Shown in pieces: positions 1 to 9,146 of a stretch of DNA of 64,000 nucleotides (the stretch's first letter is position 1; the number at the start of each line of letters is the position of its first letter). Origin of the DNA: Litorivicinus sp. (GTDB lineage: Bacteria; Pseudomonadota; Gammaproteobacteria; Pseudomonadales; Litorivicinaceae); assembly GCA_009886945.1 (NCBI GenBank), contig QXYM01000031.1, positions 12,227 through 76,226 on the forward strand, in the 5' to 3' direction. Both the position numbers and the translations under genes were made by a program. The notes beneath the pieces are model-generated. The model was given only the letters and a program-made list of their open reading frames with translations, was not told the DNA's origin and did no database searches.

Positions 1-924
1 GCTTGTGCTTCGGCTTTCCGAGCATCCATTTCGCGCTCATACAACTTAGCGCGGAGCTGTTTCATCGCAAAGTCTTTGTTCTGATGCTGCGACCGTTGGC
101 TCTGACACTGCACAACAATGCCACTGGGCTCGTGGGTAATTCGAACCGCAGAGTCAGTTCGGTTAACGTGCTGACCACCCGCTCCCGAGGCCCGATAGGT
201 ATCGATGCGAAGATCTGAGGGATCGATTTCAATGTCGACATTGTCATCGATCTCTGGCGAGACAAACACGGATGAAAATGAGGTGTGTCGTCTGGCTCCA
301 GAATCAAATGGGCTTTTGCGAACCAACCGGTGTACACCTGTCTCTGTCCGAAGCCAACCATAGGCGTATTCACCTTGGACGTGGATGGTCGCACTCTTGA
401 TGCCTGCGACTTCCCCTTCGGACACTTCGACCACCTCGACTTTAAAGCCTTTTTTCTCAGCCCACCGGAGGTACATCCGAAGCAACATATTGCCCCAGTC
501 TTGGGCCTCCGTGCCTCCTGAGCCCGCCTGAATGTCGAGGTAACAATTGTTGCTATCGGCTTCACCGGAAAACATTCGACGAAATTCAAGACCTCCGACA
601 AGAGTTTCGAGCCGTTCAAGCTCTTCATCGACTTCGGATAGCCCATCATCATCGCCCTCATCAAGAAGCATCGCGGTGAGTTCTTTTTGATCGTCAAGGC
701 TTTGATCAAGCTCATCGATCGTCTCGACCACGCCCTCTAAGCTTGCCCGTTCCCGTCCCAAAGCCTGTGCTTTGGCCGGATCATTCCAGACATTGGGGTC
801 TTCGAGTTCTAAATTGACTTCATCAAGTCGTTCGCGTTTGGCAGTGTAGTCAAAGATACCCCCTCAGCACGTCAGTACGCGCTTTCAGGTCTGCCATCAT
901 TGCATTGCGGGCATTAATTTCCAT
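1..924 (-). CDS. prfB: Peptide chain release factor 2, C-terminus cut by the left window edge; needs a programmed +1 frameshift at 850-855
   Basis: The minus-strand ATG is at 924, followed by 24 sense codons and an in-frame TGA at 850-852. The +1 frame continues [25 protein letters not shown] ... [15 protein letters not shown] ... [22 protein letters not shown] ... [21 protein letters not shown] to position 1, so both the SPF and GGQ motifs are present. The gene is absent from the ORF track because it is split and open-ended. Confidence 0.95.
849..864 (-). promoter_or_regulatory. prfB autoregulatory +1 frameshift site (AGG GGG TAT CTT TGA C)
   Basis: The minus strand reads AGGGGG (SD-like), then TAT, then the slippery CTT, then TGA followed by C. 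This matches the canonical RF2 recoding signal. Confidence 0.9.
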
Positions 925-940
925 GGATGGTCTCAGTGCA

Positions 941-973
941 TTTGAAAAGCCCGAGATTCTACAGAATCTCGGG
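941..973 (-). terminator. Rho-independent terminator downstream of the RND operon, upstream of prfB
   Basis: There is a perfect 11-nt inverted repeat, cccgagattct (950-960) and agaatctcggg (963-973). On the minus-strand RNA it is followed by CUUUUCAAA. Confidence 0.6.
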
Positions 974-980
974 CGTCTCG

Positions 981-3900
981 TCAGGCGGTTTGAGAAAGTG
1001 GTGCCGTCATCTCTTCGGTGACGTCACCCATTGGACTGGTTGGCTGGAAGCGTTTCATTAACACCGCAAGTAACGGCGGAATGAAGAACAGCGCCAGTAC
1101 TGTCGATAACAGCAACCCGCCAAACACGACGATTCCGATTCCTCGATACAGCTCTGACCCGGCACCTGGGAACACAATCAAGGGCAACAGACCAAAGAGA
1201 CTCGTGAGTGTCGACATAAAAATTGGTCGAATACGATTACTTGTCGCTTCAAGGATGGCATCCGCTGAGGCCATCCCGTCATGCTGGATATGCCACAGCG
1301 TCTGCTCAACCATCAGGATTGCATTATTCACAACGACACCGGTCAAAATGATAAACCCAAGCATCGTCAACATATCTAGGGGTTGATCCATAAAGAGGTT
1401 TAAAAGCGCAAGCCCCAAAATACCACCGGTTGCGGCAATCGGAACAGTGACCAAGATCACCAGCGGCAGCGCAAAACTCTTCAGCAGCACAACCAATAAC
1501 AAATAGATCACGGCAATCGCCAGAATCACATTTGCCTGCATCGCATTCCAGGCTTTTGACAGCTCATCCGCTGCACCTGAAAGCTCCAGACGAACGCCGT
1601 TTTTCGACCGAATATTAAAGGGTGCAACTACCTGGTCGTTGATCGTCGCAATGGCCGTCTCTAACGGAATAGACTCATGCAGTCGAAGCTCAATCGTCAC
1701 GACGCGCCTCCCGGCCTTTCGCAACAACTGGTTGGGGGCCGACTCAATCGACACCTCCGCGACTTGACCGATTTTCACCAGCGATCCATCTCTGGCGATC
1801 ACTGGAATATCAGCAATGTCTTCAATTTTTGCAGTCTCTCGAGTTTGGGTTGTTAAAATGAGTTCAACCAATTCACCACCCAACGGAATTTCCCGAACTA
1901 AAATCCCATCGTTGTAGACATCCAAGGCTTGTGCAAAATCACGAGCAGACACGCCAGCGCGGGCAAGCGCATCTGGATTCGGCCTCACAACCAGCTCCGG
2001 ACTGACCGCGTTTTCGGAGGGACGAACTCGAATTTGATGCCCATCTTTTCGGGGAAATAGCTCTCCGACTTGCCGGCGAATGTCACGAAAGGCCGGCTCA
2101 ACACTCTCGTAATCAGGGCCTAAGACATCAATCAAGATCCCCCTCGACCCTCCCACAGAGCGCCCGAACAATGATGCCTGTGTGACAAACGCCCGCGCAC
2201 CAGGCGCTTTTGCGACCGGCTCTGATAACACCGGGATCAGCTCGCGAATGCGCCCAGCATCTTCAGTCGCAGCACCTGCAAAGGCACCTCCGTTGTAGGC
2301 CACAAAAAAGAATCGATCAATATGTGGGAGTTTCTCAGGATTCGGGTTCTCCCACAGAGGACGCGCAACATCTTCCATCGATTGCGCAAAATTCACCGTT
2401 GCTTCCCGCGTATACCCCGACGGCACCGATATTCGGCCAAACACGAAGTTACGGTTTCCGTCAGGCAGATAATCAAGTGGTGGCATCATCACGATTAAGG
2501 TCGCAATGGATCCAGCAATGAGACCAAAGACAATCACTAAACCGAGGGTTGTGGATTGCACAACCTTCCGACCGTAAGCCAATACCAAACGCTTAAAGCC
2601 ACCAGCTAAGGTATCCACAATCGGAATTCGCCGTTGTTGGTCAAAACTTTTCACATCTTTGATCAGACGCGATGCGAGCGCGGGAATCACGGTGACAGAA
2701 ACGATCACAGACACGATGACCGATGCACTGATCGCAACCGCAATATCTCGGAACAATTGACCAACCGGAAGATCGAGGATCAGGATTGGAATAAAAACCA
2801 CCACCGTGGTTAATGCCGAACCCAGAATGGGGGCCCAAACCTGTCGCGCACCCCAATAGGACGCTTTCAGAGTGGCCACACCCGATTGCTTTAATCGATA
2901 AATATTCTCCAAGCTCACAATGGATGCGTCCACAACCATTCCGACTGCGAAGGCAAGTCCGGCGAGTGAAATCACGTTAATAGAAAGACCCAGTCCGGCG
3001 ATCACCACAAAAGTTGAGATGATCGAGACCGGAATGGCAATCATCACGATCGCTGTTGGTGCCAGCGCGCGAAGGAAAGTGAGCAACACCACAATCGCCA
3101 GAACGCCACCAATCATGATGTTATTTTGAACCAAATCTAACGCCGATCCGATGTAAACCGTCTCGTCGTAAACGATCCGTAGATCGAGGCCTCGCTCAGC
3201 CAAGACTCCTTGATTTAATGCATTCACTTCTGCTTTCAGGGCATCGAGCGTTGTCACCACATTGGATGCCGGCTCACGAAGTACCGCAAACGTAATCGCA
3301 GGTTTTCCATTTAACCGGCGGAAACTGTCGGGCGTTTTATAACCCAGTTCAACATCAGCGACATCAGACAATTTGACATTGAACACACGGCCATTTCTGA
3401 GCTCTGTTCGAACCACCAGTTCCTTCGCGGTCTCTGGGGTATAGCTAATGGCTTCTGTCCTTAAGGTGAAACTCCGATTTCCCTCGGTCACTTCTCCGGC
3501 CGTCACTTCGGCAGACGACGCGCGAATGGCATCGGCGATCTCGGAAATGGATAAACCAAATTCGGCCACGCGGTCCATATCAAGTGCAATACGGATTTCG
3601 CGAGCAGCACCGCCTCGGGACGTCACTTCAGACACCCCTGCAATTCGGCTCAACGGCTCCAGAATCACCGTATCGACGAATTCTCCCAAGGTATCGATAT
3701 CGATAGAGACGCCGTCGTTCGCCACCAGCGCCATCCGAGCAATCGGTGAATCATCAGAATTCGACGTTCTCACCTCTGGCTGCTTGGCATCGCTAGGCAA
3801 ACCAGAGACTCGGGCCAGTTGTCCAAGCAGTTTCACTAAGGCCGAATCCATGTCTTGCCCGACACTGTAGGTTAAAGTCACTCGAGCTTGGCCGCGACGA

Positions 3901-4154
3901 CTGTCACTTTCAACGCTTTGTACTCCCGATAAGCCAGTTAACTCACGCTCAAGACGCAGCACGACTTCTTGCTCGACATCCTTCGGCGATGCACCAGGCC
4001 AACTGACGCGAACTTGTAACACCGGTTTATCAATATCCGGTGTCATTTGAATCGGAATGGTCTGCAAGGATGCGACGCCAAACAAAATCATGGATAGCAC
4101 AATCGCCAAAACGGCAATCGGATGCGCGATCGCACCTCTGATCAATCCATTCAC
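981..4154 (-). CDS. RND-family efflux transporter, inner-membrane permease subunit (1057 aa)
   Basis: It has the length and layout of AcrB-like pumps, with an N-terminal TM segment, large periplasmic loops and two 6-TM bundles. The GTG start overlaps the adaptor gene stop (GTGA). Confidence 0.9.
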   Translation of the reverse strand: MNGLIRGAIAHPIAVLAIVLSMILFGVASLQTIPIQMTPDIDKPVLQVRVSWPGASPKDVEQEVVLRLERELTGLSGVQSVESDSRRGQARVTLTYSVGQDMDSALVKLLGQLARVSGLPSDAKQPEVRTSNSDDSPIARMALVANDGVSIDIDTLGEFVDTVILEPLSRIAGVSEVTSRGGAAREIRIALDMDRVAEFGLSISEIADAIRASSAEVTAGEVTEGNRSFTLRTEAISYTPETAKELVVRTELRNGRVFNVKLSDVADVELGYKTPDSFRRLNGKPAITFAVLREPASNVVTTLDALKAEVNALNQGVLAERGLDLRIVYDETVYIGSALDLVQNNIMIGGVLAIVVLLTFLRALAPTAIVMIAIPVSIISTFVVIAGLGLSINVISLAGLAFAVGMVVDASIVSLENIYRLKQSGVATLKASYWGARQVWAPILGSALTTVVVFIPILILDLPVGQLFRDIAVAISASVIVSVIVSVTVIPALASRLIKDVKSFDQQRRIPIVDTLAGGFKRLVLAYGRKVVQSTTLGLVIVFGLIAGSIATLIVMMPPLDYLPDGNRNFVFGRISVPSGYTREATVNFAQSMEDVARPLWENPNPEKLPHIDRFFFVAYNGGAFAGAATEDAGRIRELIPVLSEPVAKAPGARAFVTQASLFGRSVGGSRGILIDVLGPDYESVEPAFRDIRRQVGELFPRKDGHQIRVRPSENAVSPELVVRPNPDALARAGVSARDFAQALDVYNDGILVREIPLGGELVELILTTQTRETAKIEDIADIPVIARDGSLVKIGQVAEVSIESAPNQLLRKAGRRVVTIELRLHESIPLETAIATINDQVVAPFNIRSKNGVRLELSGAADELSKAWNAMQANVILAIAVIYLLLVVLLKSFALPLVILVTVPIAATGGILGLALLNLFMDQPLDMLTMLGFIILTGVVVNNAILMVEQTLWHIQHDGMASADAILEATSNRIRPIFMSTLTSLFGLLPLIVFPGAGSELYRGIGIVVFGGLLLSTVLALFFIPPLLAVLMKRFQPTSPMGDVTEEMTAPLSQTA

Positions 4155-5230
4155 GATTGACCCCCAACCACACTGACCTGCTGTCCTTTACGGAGCCCTT
4201 CTTGGCCTTGAGTGACAACCACATCACCAGCTGTGACACCCTGAATGACCACGATACGATCTCCGACTCCGGCACCCAGTTCGATGCGTCGAGACTCAGC
4301 TTTTCCATCGACAATGACCACCACACGATGCCCTTCTTTCCCGGGAATCACCGCATCCTTGGCAATTGTCACTTGCTCTGTCAGTTGACCAATCGGCAGC
4401 TTCAAATCAATCGACTCACCCAACACTAAGTTCGCTTTAGGAGGACTAACGAACTGCAAACGAATCACTCTCGATCCTGTCCTCTGGTTCTGCTCAGCAA
4501 TCAACGCCCGCACCTTCAAATCAGCCGAGGATTTCCTGAGCTGTCCTGACACAATCTGGCCCACCGACATCGATTCATAGGCTTCTGGTCTGACTTCTGC
4601 TTCGACTTCCACCCCAAGTTCTGGAAGGAGTTGAAATAATTGATCGCCTGGTTTGACATACTGACCTTCGGTCACGCTGACTTCGATCACTCGCCCACTG
4701 GCATTCGCAAGGACTCGAGTCTGCTTCAATTGACGCTCACTATCGGCGATGTCGATTTTCAGGTCCTCAAGCTCGTAGGCTGTCTTCACCACATCACTTT
4801 CTGTCTGAATGACATTGAGTTCTGCTTGCTCTGTCACATCACGTGTTAATAGGTCGCGCGACGTTAAGCCTTTTGCGCGTTCCAATTGCTGTAAGCGAAC
4901 GGTCTTCCGTTGTTTGAGGAGATCAAGATGCGCCCTCAAATACGCTTGCCGCGCCTTCAAGCTCTTCAAGTGATTGCGTATTTCAGTATCATCAAGTCGC
5001 GCCAACTCATCACCACTTGTGACGGTATCGCCAACACGAACATTCATTGCTGACACCGATTCAGAGACTTCCGCGGATAAGGTATAAATTTCACCGGCGA
5101 CGATGCGCCCAGTGACCGACGTTCCTGTTTGCACCTGAGCGCTCACCGCACGATCCACGTAAACAGGAACTCCTTCGGCAATCAATGATTGAGAAAAGAG
5201 CAAAGAAAAACCGATCAAAAACTGACGCAT
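4151..5230 (-). CDS. RND efflux periplasmic adaptor (membrane fusion protein, HlyD/AcrA family)
   Basis: The 359-aa product has an N-terminal signal-like segment, a coiled-coil hairpin region ([19 protein letters not shown]...) and beta-barrel-like C-terminal domains. It is translationally coupled to the RND permease gene. Confidence 0.85.
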   Translation of the reverse strand: MRQFLIGFSLLFSQSLIAEGVPVYVDRAVSAQVQTGTSVTGRIVAGEIYTLSAEVSESVSAMNVRVGDTVTSGDELARLDDTEIRNHLKSLKARQAYLRAHLDLLKQRKTVRLQQLERAKGLTSRDLLTRDVTEQAELNVIQTESDVVKTAYELEDLKIDIADSERQLKQTRVLANASGRVIEVSVTEGQYVKPGDQLFQLLPELGVEVEAEVRPEAYESMSVGQIVSGQLRKSSADLKVRALIAEQNQRTGSRVIRLQFVSPPKANLVLGESIDLKLPIGQLTEQVTIAKDAVIPGKEGHRVVVIVDGKAESRRIELGAGVGDRIVVIQGVTAGDVVVTQGQEGLRKGQQVSVVGGQS

Positions 5231-5321
5231 GACATTCGACTTCTGTAGTAAGCTGAAATTGCTTTATGCGCTTTATTCTGAACAAATAAAAGTCATTTCT
5301 AAAAAAAATTTGGAGCCGTCG

Positions 5322-5762
5322 ATGCAGTACCTTCACACGATGATTCGAATCAGCGATATTGATGCCTCATTACGCTTTTTCTGTGATGGTCTCGGGCTTT
5401 CCGAGGTGCGCCGATACGACAGCGAAAGCGGGCGGTTCACACTGATTTTTCTAGCGGCGACTGATGACATGGATGCCGCGCGAACCCAGAAGGCACCGCT
5501 CATTGAATTAACCTACAACTGGGATCCGGAAGACTACACTGGCGGTCGAAATTTCGGGCATCTGGCTTATCGAGTTGATGATATCTATGCCTTGTGCACG
5601 CGTCTGCAAGATCTCGGTATCACCATCCATCGTCCGCCGCGAGACGGGCATATGGCTTTTATCAAGAGTCCTGATGGGATTTCCATCGAGCTGTTGCAAT
5701 CCGGTGATGCACTCCCACCATCAGAGCCATGGCTGTCCATGCCCAATACAGGCTCTTGGTAA
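5322..5762 (+). CDS. gloA: Lactoylglutathione lyase (glyoxalase I)
   Basis: The sequence [20 protein letters not shown]...LIELTYNWD...[11 protein letters not shown]...[14 protein letters not shown] is typical of GloA. The ATG at 5322 is preceded by TGGAG. The longer ORF starting at 5229 has a non-homologous leader. Confidence 0.88.
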   Translation: MQYLHTMIRISDIDASLRFFCDGLGLSEVRRYDSESGRFTLIFLAATDDMDAARTQKAPLIELTYNWDPEDYTGGRNFGHLAYRVDDIYALCTRLQDLGITIHRPPRDGHMAFIKSPDGISIELLQSGDALPPSEPWLSMPNTGSW

Positions 5763-5804
5763 AAACTGATAAACTTCGACACAACGACAATAAGGACTGT
5801 AACT

Positions 5805-6548
5805 ATGATGAAAAAAATCCTCACCGCTCTCGCGTTGACTTTGGCTACCCAGGCGTCAGTTGCCGGCGGCATCCCTGATCCACTGCGCATTGCGACCGAA
5901 GGTGCATATCCTCCGTTCAATGGCGTCGATGCCAACGGAAATCTGATCGGATTTGATGTCGATATCGCGATGGCGCTCTGCGAAGAAATGAAAGCGAACT
6001 GTGAATTGGTCGCACAAGACTGGGACGGAATCATTCCAGCGTTAGTGGCGAACAAATACGATGCCATCATTGCATCGATGTCCATTACCGACGAGCGCAA
6101 GCAAACCATCGACTTTACAAATAAGTATTACTCAAACTATCTGGCAGTGATTGGACCGAAAGGAGCAGTTGCAGGTCCCGATAAACTGGCAGGAAAGTCA
6201 GTGGGCGCACAGCGTTCAACACTCGCCTCGCAGTGGGCAGAAGATAACCTGATGGGCCGTTCCGACGTCAAACTCTACGACACCCAGACGGCTGCTTATG
6301 CAGATTTATCAGCGGGTCGTTTGGATGCGATGGTGTCTGATATTTACCCAGCCATGGACTGGTTAAAAGACAATTCTGGTTATGCGCTTGCCGGCGATAA
6401 GATTGATATCAATGATCAAATTGGGATTGGTATCCGTCAAGGCGAATCAGATCTCAAAGCAGCGTTCAACAAAGCGATCGAAGCAATCCGAGCCAACGGA
6501 AAATATGCTGAGATCAACGCAAAATATTTCGCTGCTGATATTTATTAA
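5805..6548 (+). CDS. Polar amino-acid ABC transporter, periplasmic substrate-binding protein (Lys/Arg/Orn/His/octopine-binding family)
   Basis: It has a signal peptide MMKKILTALALTLATQASVA, then RIATEGAYPPFN...GFDVDIAMALCEEM...DAIIASMSIT.ERK, which is typical of type 2 periplasmic binding proteins. Confidence 0.88.
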   Translation: MMKKILTALALTLATQASVAGGIPDPLRIATEGAYPPFNGVDANGNLIGFDVDIAMALCEEMKANCELVAQDWDGIIPALVANKYDAIIASMSITDERKQTIDFTNKYYSNYLAVIGPKGAVAGPDKLAGKSVGAQRSTLASQWAEDNLMGRSDVKLYDTQTAAYADLSAGRLDAMVSDIYPAMDWLKDNSGYALAGDKIDINDQIGIGIRQGESDLKAAFNKAIEAIRANGKYAEINAKYFAADIY

Positions 6549-6581
6549 GTTGCGGCGGGGACCCTTGTCCCCGCTCATTCC

Positions 6582-7289
6582 ATGGAATCATTAGGCAAGC
6601 TGTCATTTGGATCGACCGGCTGGGGCGACGAGCTCCTGATCGGTGCGGTCATGACAGTCGGCCTAGCGCTCGCCTCTGTGCTCATCGGTATAGTCATCGG
6701 TGGCAAGCTGGCGTTTTTCAAACTCCAACCGAACCGCTTTTTCAGAACCATCGCTCATGCGATCACGCTCCTATTTCGAGGCACTCCCGAGTTTCTGGTG
6801 ATTTTGGTGGTGTTCTTTGGTCTGGATATTCTCTTCAATGCCCTCCTGAGCGCATTGTCGATCGAACTCACCCTCTCCACACCGAAATTCTGGGCGGGTG
6901 CTTTAGGTCTCGGATTGATCTTTGGAGTGTATGCGTCTGAAGTGTTCAAAGGTGCTTACTTGGCAGTTCCCAAGGGGGTGATTGAAGCGTCACGTGCTTT
7001 GGGTCTCAGCCAATTCCAAACCATTCGGCAAGTCCATTTGCCTTTAATGTGGCGGTATGCCTTGCCCGGTTTAATGAATCTGTGGTTAGTTTTATTGAAA
7101 GACACATCATTAGTCGCGGTCATTGCTTTTGATGAACTGTTACGAACAGCCAAAGTGGCTGGTGAGACTGAACGCGAACCCTTTCTCTTTTTCTTTGCAG
7201 CAGGCGCCCTCTATCTGTTGATGACCTATGTGAGTGATCATGCCAAGTCACGGATTGAGAACCGTGTGGCTCTCGTTGGGCGCCAGTGA
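6582..7289 (+). CDS. Amino-acid ABC transporter permease (HisQ-like)
   Basis: It is a multi-TM protein with an EAA-type loop (IEASRALGLSQFQTIRQVHLPLM). Confidence 0.85.
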   Translation: MESLGKLSFGSTGWGDELLIGAVMTVGLALASVLIGIVIGGKLAFFKLQPNRFFRTIAHAITLLFRGTPEFLVILVVFFGLDILFNALLSALSIELTLSTPKFWAGALGLGLIFGVYASEVFKGAYLAVPKGVIEASRALGLSQFQTIRQVHLPLMWRYALPGLMNLWLVLLKDTSLVAVIAFDELLRTAKVAGETEREPFLFFFAAGALYLLMTYVSDHAKSRIENRVALVGRQ

Positions 7290-8086
7290 TGCTAGAACCT
7301 GTCATGAAAAGCCTCTATTTTTGGTTCAAAGGCTGGCACTACGATGTTGGACAAGCGCTTTGTGCACCGATGCAATCGGTTTTGCCCGCATCCATTGGAC
7401 CGCACTGCCCGAGACTGTTTGATGGCTTTTTCACCACCTTCGAACTGGTCATCGTTGCATTGATTCTTGCATTTATACTGGCGCGAACCCTTGCTCAAAT
7501 GCTCGCTGTTGGACCGTCATGGACGCATCGGTTGATTCAAGCCTATGTGTATATCTTCCAAGGGACACCGATCCTGATCCAGTTGTGGCTGATGTACTAC
7601 GGTCTCGCTCAATTTGAATGGATTCGCGAGTCGATCGCTTGGACGCTACTCGGCAGTGGATGGTGGGTTGGTCTGATTGTTCTGACACTGAATTCGGCAG
7701 CCTATCAAACCAATATTTTGATTGGAGGGATCCAAAACCTGCCCTCAGGACAATTGGAAGGAGCGCAATCGCTTGGCTTAAGCCAGCGACATACCTACCG
7801 CCAGATCTTGTTTCCACAGGCATTAAGAGCCTCCTGGCCCGCGCTTGCCAATGAGGGGATCCTGCTTCTGAAGGCGAGTGCTCTGGTGAGCACCATCACC
7901 GTCCTTGATTTGATGGGGCACGCAAGGACAGTCTTTTCTCGAAGCTACGATTTGTGGGTCTACGGGGGAGCCGCATTTCTCTATATCGCACTGACCGCAG
8001 TCATGACCCTCATTGCCTTCCTGATCCGGAGATACGGGTTTCAGGCGTTACCAGCAGACCCCTGGTTTCAAGGCATGTCGCGATAA
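7289..8086 (+). CDS. Amino-acid ABC transporter permease (HisM-like)
   Basis: It has an EAA loop (LEGAQSLGLSQRHTYRQILFPQAL). The ATG at 7289 overlaps the upstream TGA (GTGATG), and a GTG at 7286 is an alternative start. Confidence 0.85.
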   Translation: MLEPVMKSLYFWFKGWHYDVGQALCAPMQSVLPASIGPHCPRLFDGFFTTFELVIVALILAFILARTLAQMLAVGPSWTHRLIQAYVYIFQGTPILIQLWLMYYGLAQFEWIRESIAWTLLGSGWWVGLIVLTLNSAAYQTNILIGGIQNLPSGQLEGAQSLGLSQRHTYRQILFPQALRASWPALANEGILLLKASALVSTITVLDLMGHARTVFSRSYDLWVYGGAAFLYIALTAVMTLIAFLIRRYGFQALPADPWFQGMSR

Positions 8087-8090
8087 GCCT

Positions 8091-8657
8091 TTAATTGCGA
8101 TACGCGGCCTTCGCCTCAGCTTCGTTGACTTCTAAGACACCGCCTCTGGCCGCATCCCGTTCATGCTGAACGATATCCCGAGCGTCCCAAGGATAATCAA
8201 CCCACACATCCTCGATATCCTTTCCAACGAACACGTGTTTGACTGCCTCTGGAAATTCGGCTTTTTTGGGTTTGAGTTTGTTATGCATCACAAACACACC
8301 GATCTCTGCCGGATCTTCAGCCATCAACTCACCGATCGCAAAGGCTAAGGTGGTGCGTTCATCATCAACCTCATCCACCAACAAAACGCGCTTTCCAGTA
8401 ATCATGTTGTTGACGCCCTCAACCCATTGCAGTTTGTAGGGAATCTCCGACGGAGGCTCATCTGGATGGTAACGAGCAAGAGAAATCGCAATGAGCGGCT
8501 TTTCCACATAGGTCCGAAGAATACGAGCCGGAATAAATCCGCCTCCACCGATCGCTAAAATGACATCGAACTGGAAGTCGCTGGCGATGATTTTTTCGAC
8601 ACCATCAGCAATGGTCTGATGGAGATCAGCGTAGGAAAAACGAAGGCGCGTGCTCAT
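8091..8657 (-). CDS. Purine phosphoribosyltransferase-like protein (Gpt/HPT1-like)
   Basis: It has the PRPP-binding motif VLLVDEVDDERTTL, the motif AIGGGGFIPARIL, and a C-terminal DVWVDYPWD that resembles the E. coli Gpt sequence TWIEQPWD. The start is uncertain, either the ATG at 8657 or the TTG at 8675. Confidence 0.7.
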   Translation of the reverse strand: MSTRLRFSYADLHQTIADGVEKIIASDFQFDVILAIGGGGFIPARILRTYVEKPLIAISLARYHPDEPPSEIPYKLQWVEGVNNMITGKRVLLVDEVDDERTTLAFAIGELMAEDPAEIGVFVMHNKLKPKKAEFPEAVKHVFVGKDIEDVWVDYPWDARDIVQHERDAARGGVLEVNEAEAKAAYRN

Positions 8658-8687
8658 GGAGGCTATCCCAGACAAAACGTGAGTTTA

Positions 8688-9068
8688 TCACTGAGCCGTC
8701 GTGAGTTTCGACTGTAAAACCGAATCTCTCACTTTTCCCAGCTCTTCGACCAAGCGCGTGACTCGATCCCGCTCTTCCATGAGATAGGCTTTACGGATCT
8801 CATGCGTGTCACCTGTCGGTTGAAATGCAGTCAACCAATCTGCTGCGCGTTGCAGTTCAGCATCAATCTGGCGTTGTGCAGTGCCATTGACGGAGTTTCG
8901 TGTCTCGACCAAGGTGTCTGTGACGAGTTTGAGTTCGCTCATTTGATAGGTGATTTCGTTAAACAATCGTTCCTCGATGGTGGATTCGCTTTCCGGCAAC
9001 CACATCGACAGGATGGATCCCACCACCAGCGCTAACCCAAAAACTATCCCCATTCGGCGAATCGACAT
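8688..9068 (-). CDS. Hypothetical membrane-anchored protein (126 aa)
   Basis: It has a single N-terminal hydrophobic segment (MGIVFGLALVVGSILSMWL) followed by a helical, charged region. I recognise no family. Confidence 0.45.
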   Translation of the reverse strand: MSIRRMGIVFGLALVVGSILSMWLPESESTIEERLFNEITYQMSELKLVTDTLVETRNSVNGTAQRQIDAELQRAADWLTAFQPTGDTHEIRKAYLMEERDRVTRLVEELGKVRDSVLQSKLTTAQ

Positions 9069-9146
9069 CGTTTGTCCTCTTACCTATTTCAAGAAGTGCG
9101 TTACACTACCGGAAAACAACCCCGCAACAAATTGGAAATCATTTCT

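Noticed and set aside
62-715. A 217-aa minus-strand ORF offered by the ORF track inside the prfB region.
   Set aside because: It is in the wrong frame relative to RF2 and its translation has no RF2 motifs. The real coding frame, with SPF and GGQ, runs open-ended to position 1 and is joined to the 924-853 segment by the +1 frameshift.
3448-3870. Long ORFs antisense or out of frame within confident genes. Examples are 3448-3870, 5585-6109, 14866-15435, 23802-24263, 39749-40470, 44734-45210 and 58348-58740.
   Set aside because: All lie entirely inside genes that have strong family motifs on the other strand or frame. Their translations are low-complexity or Arg/Ser/Pro-rich, as expected for shadow ORFs. 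None has an independent start context.
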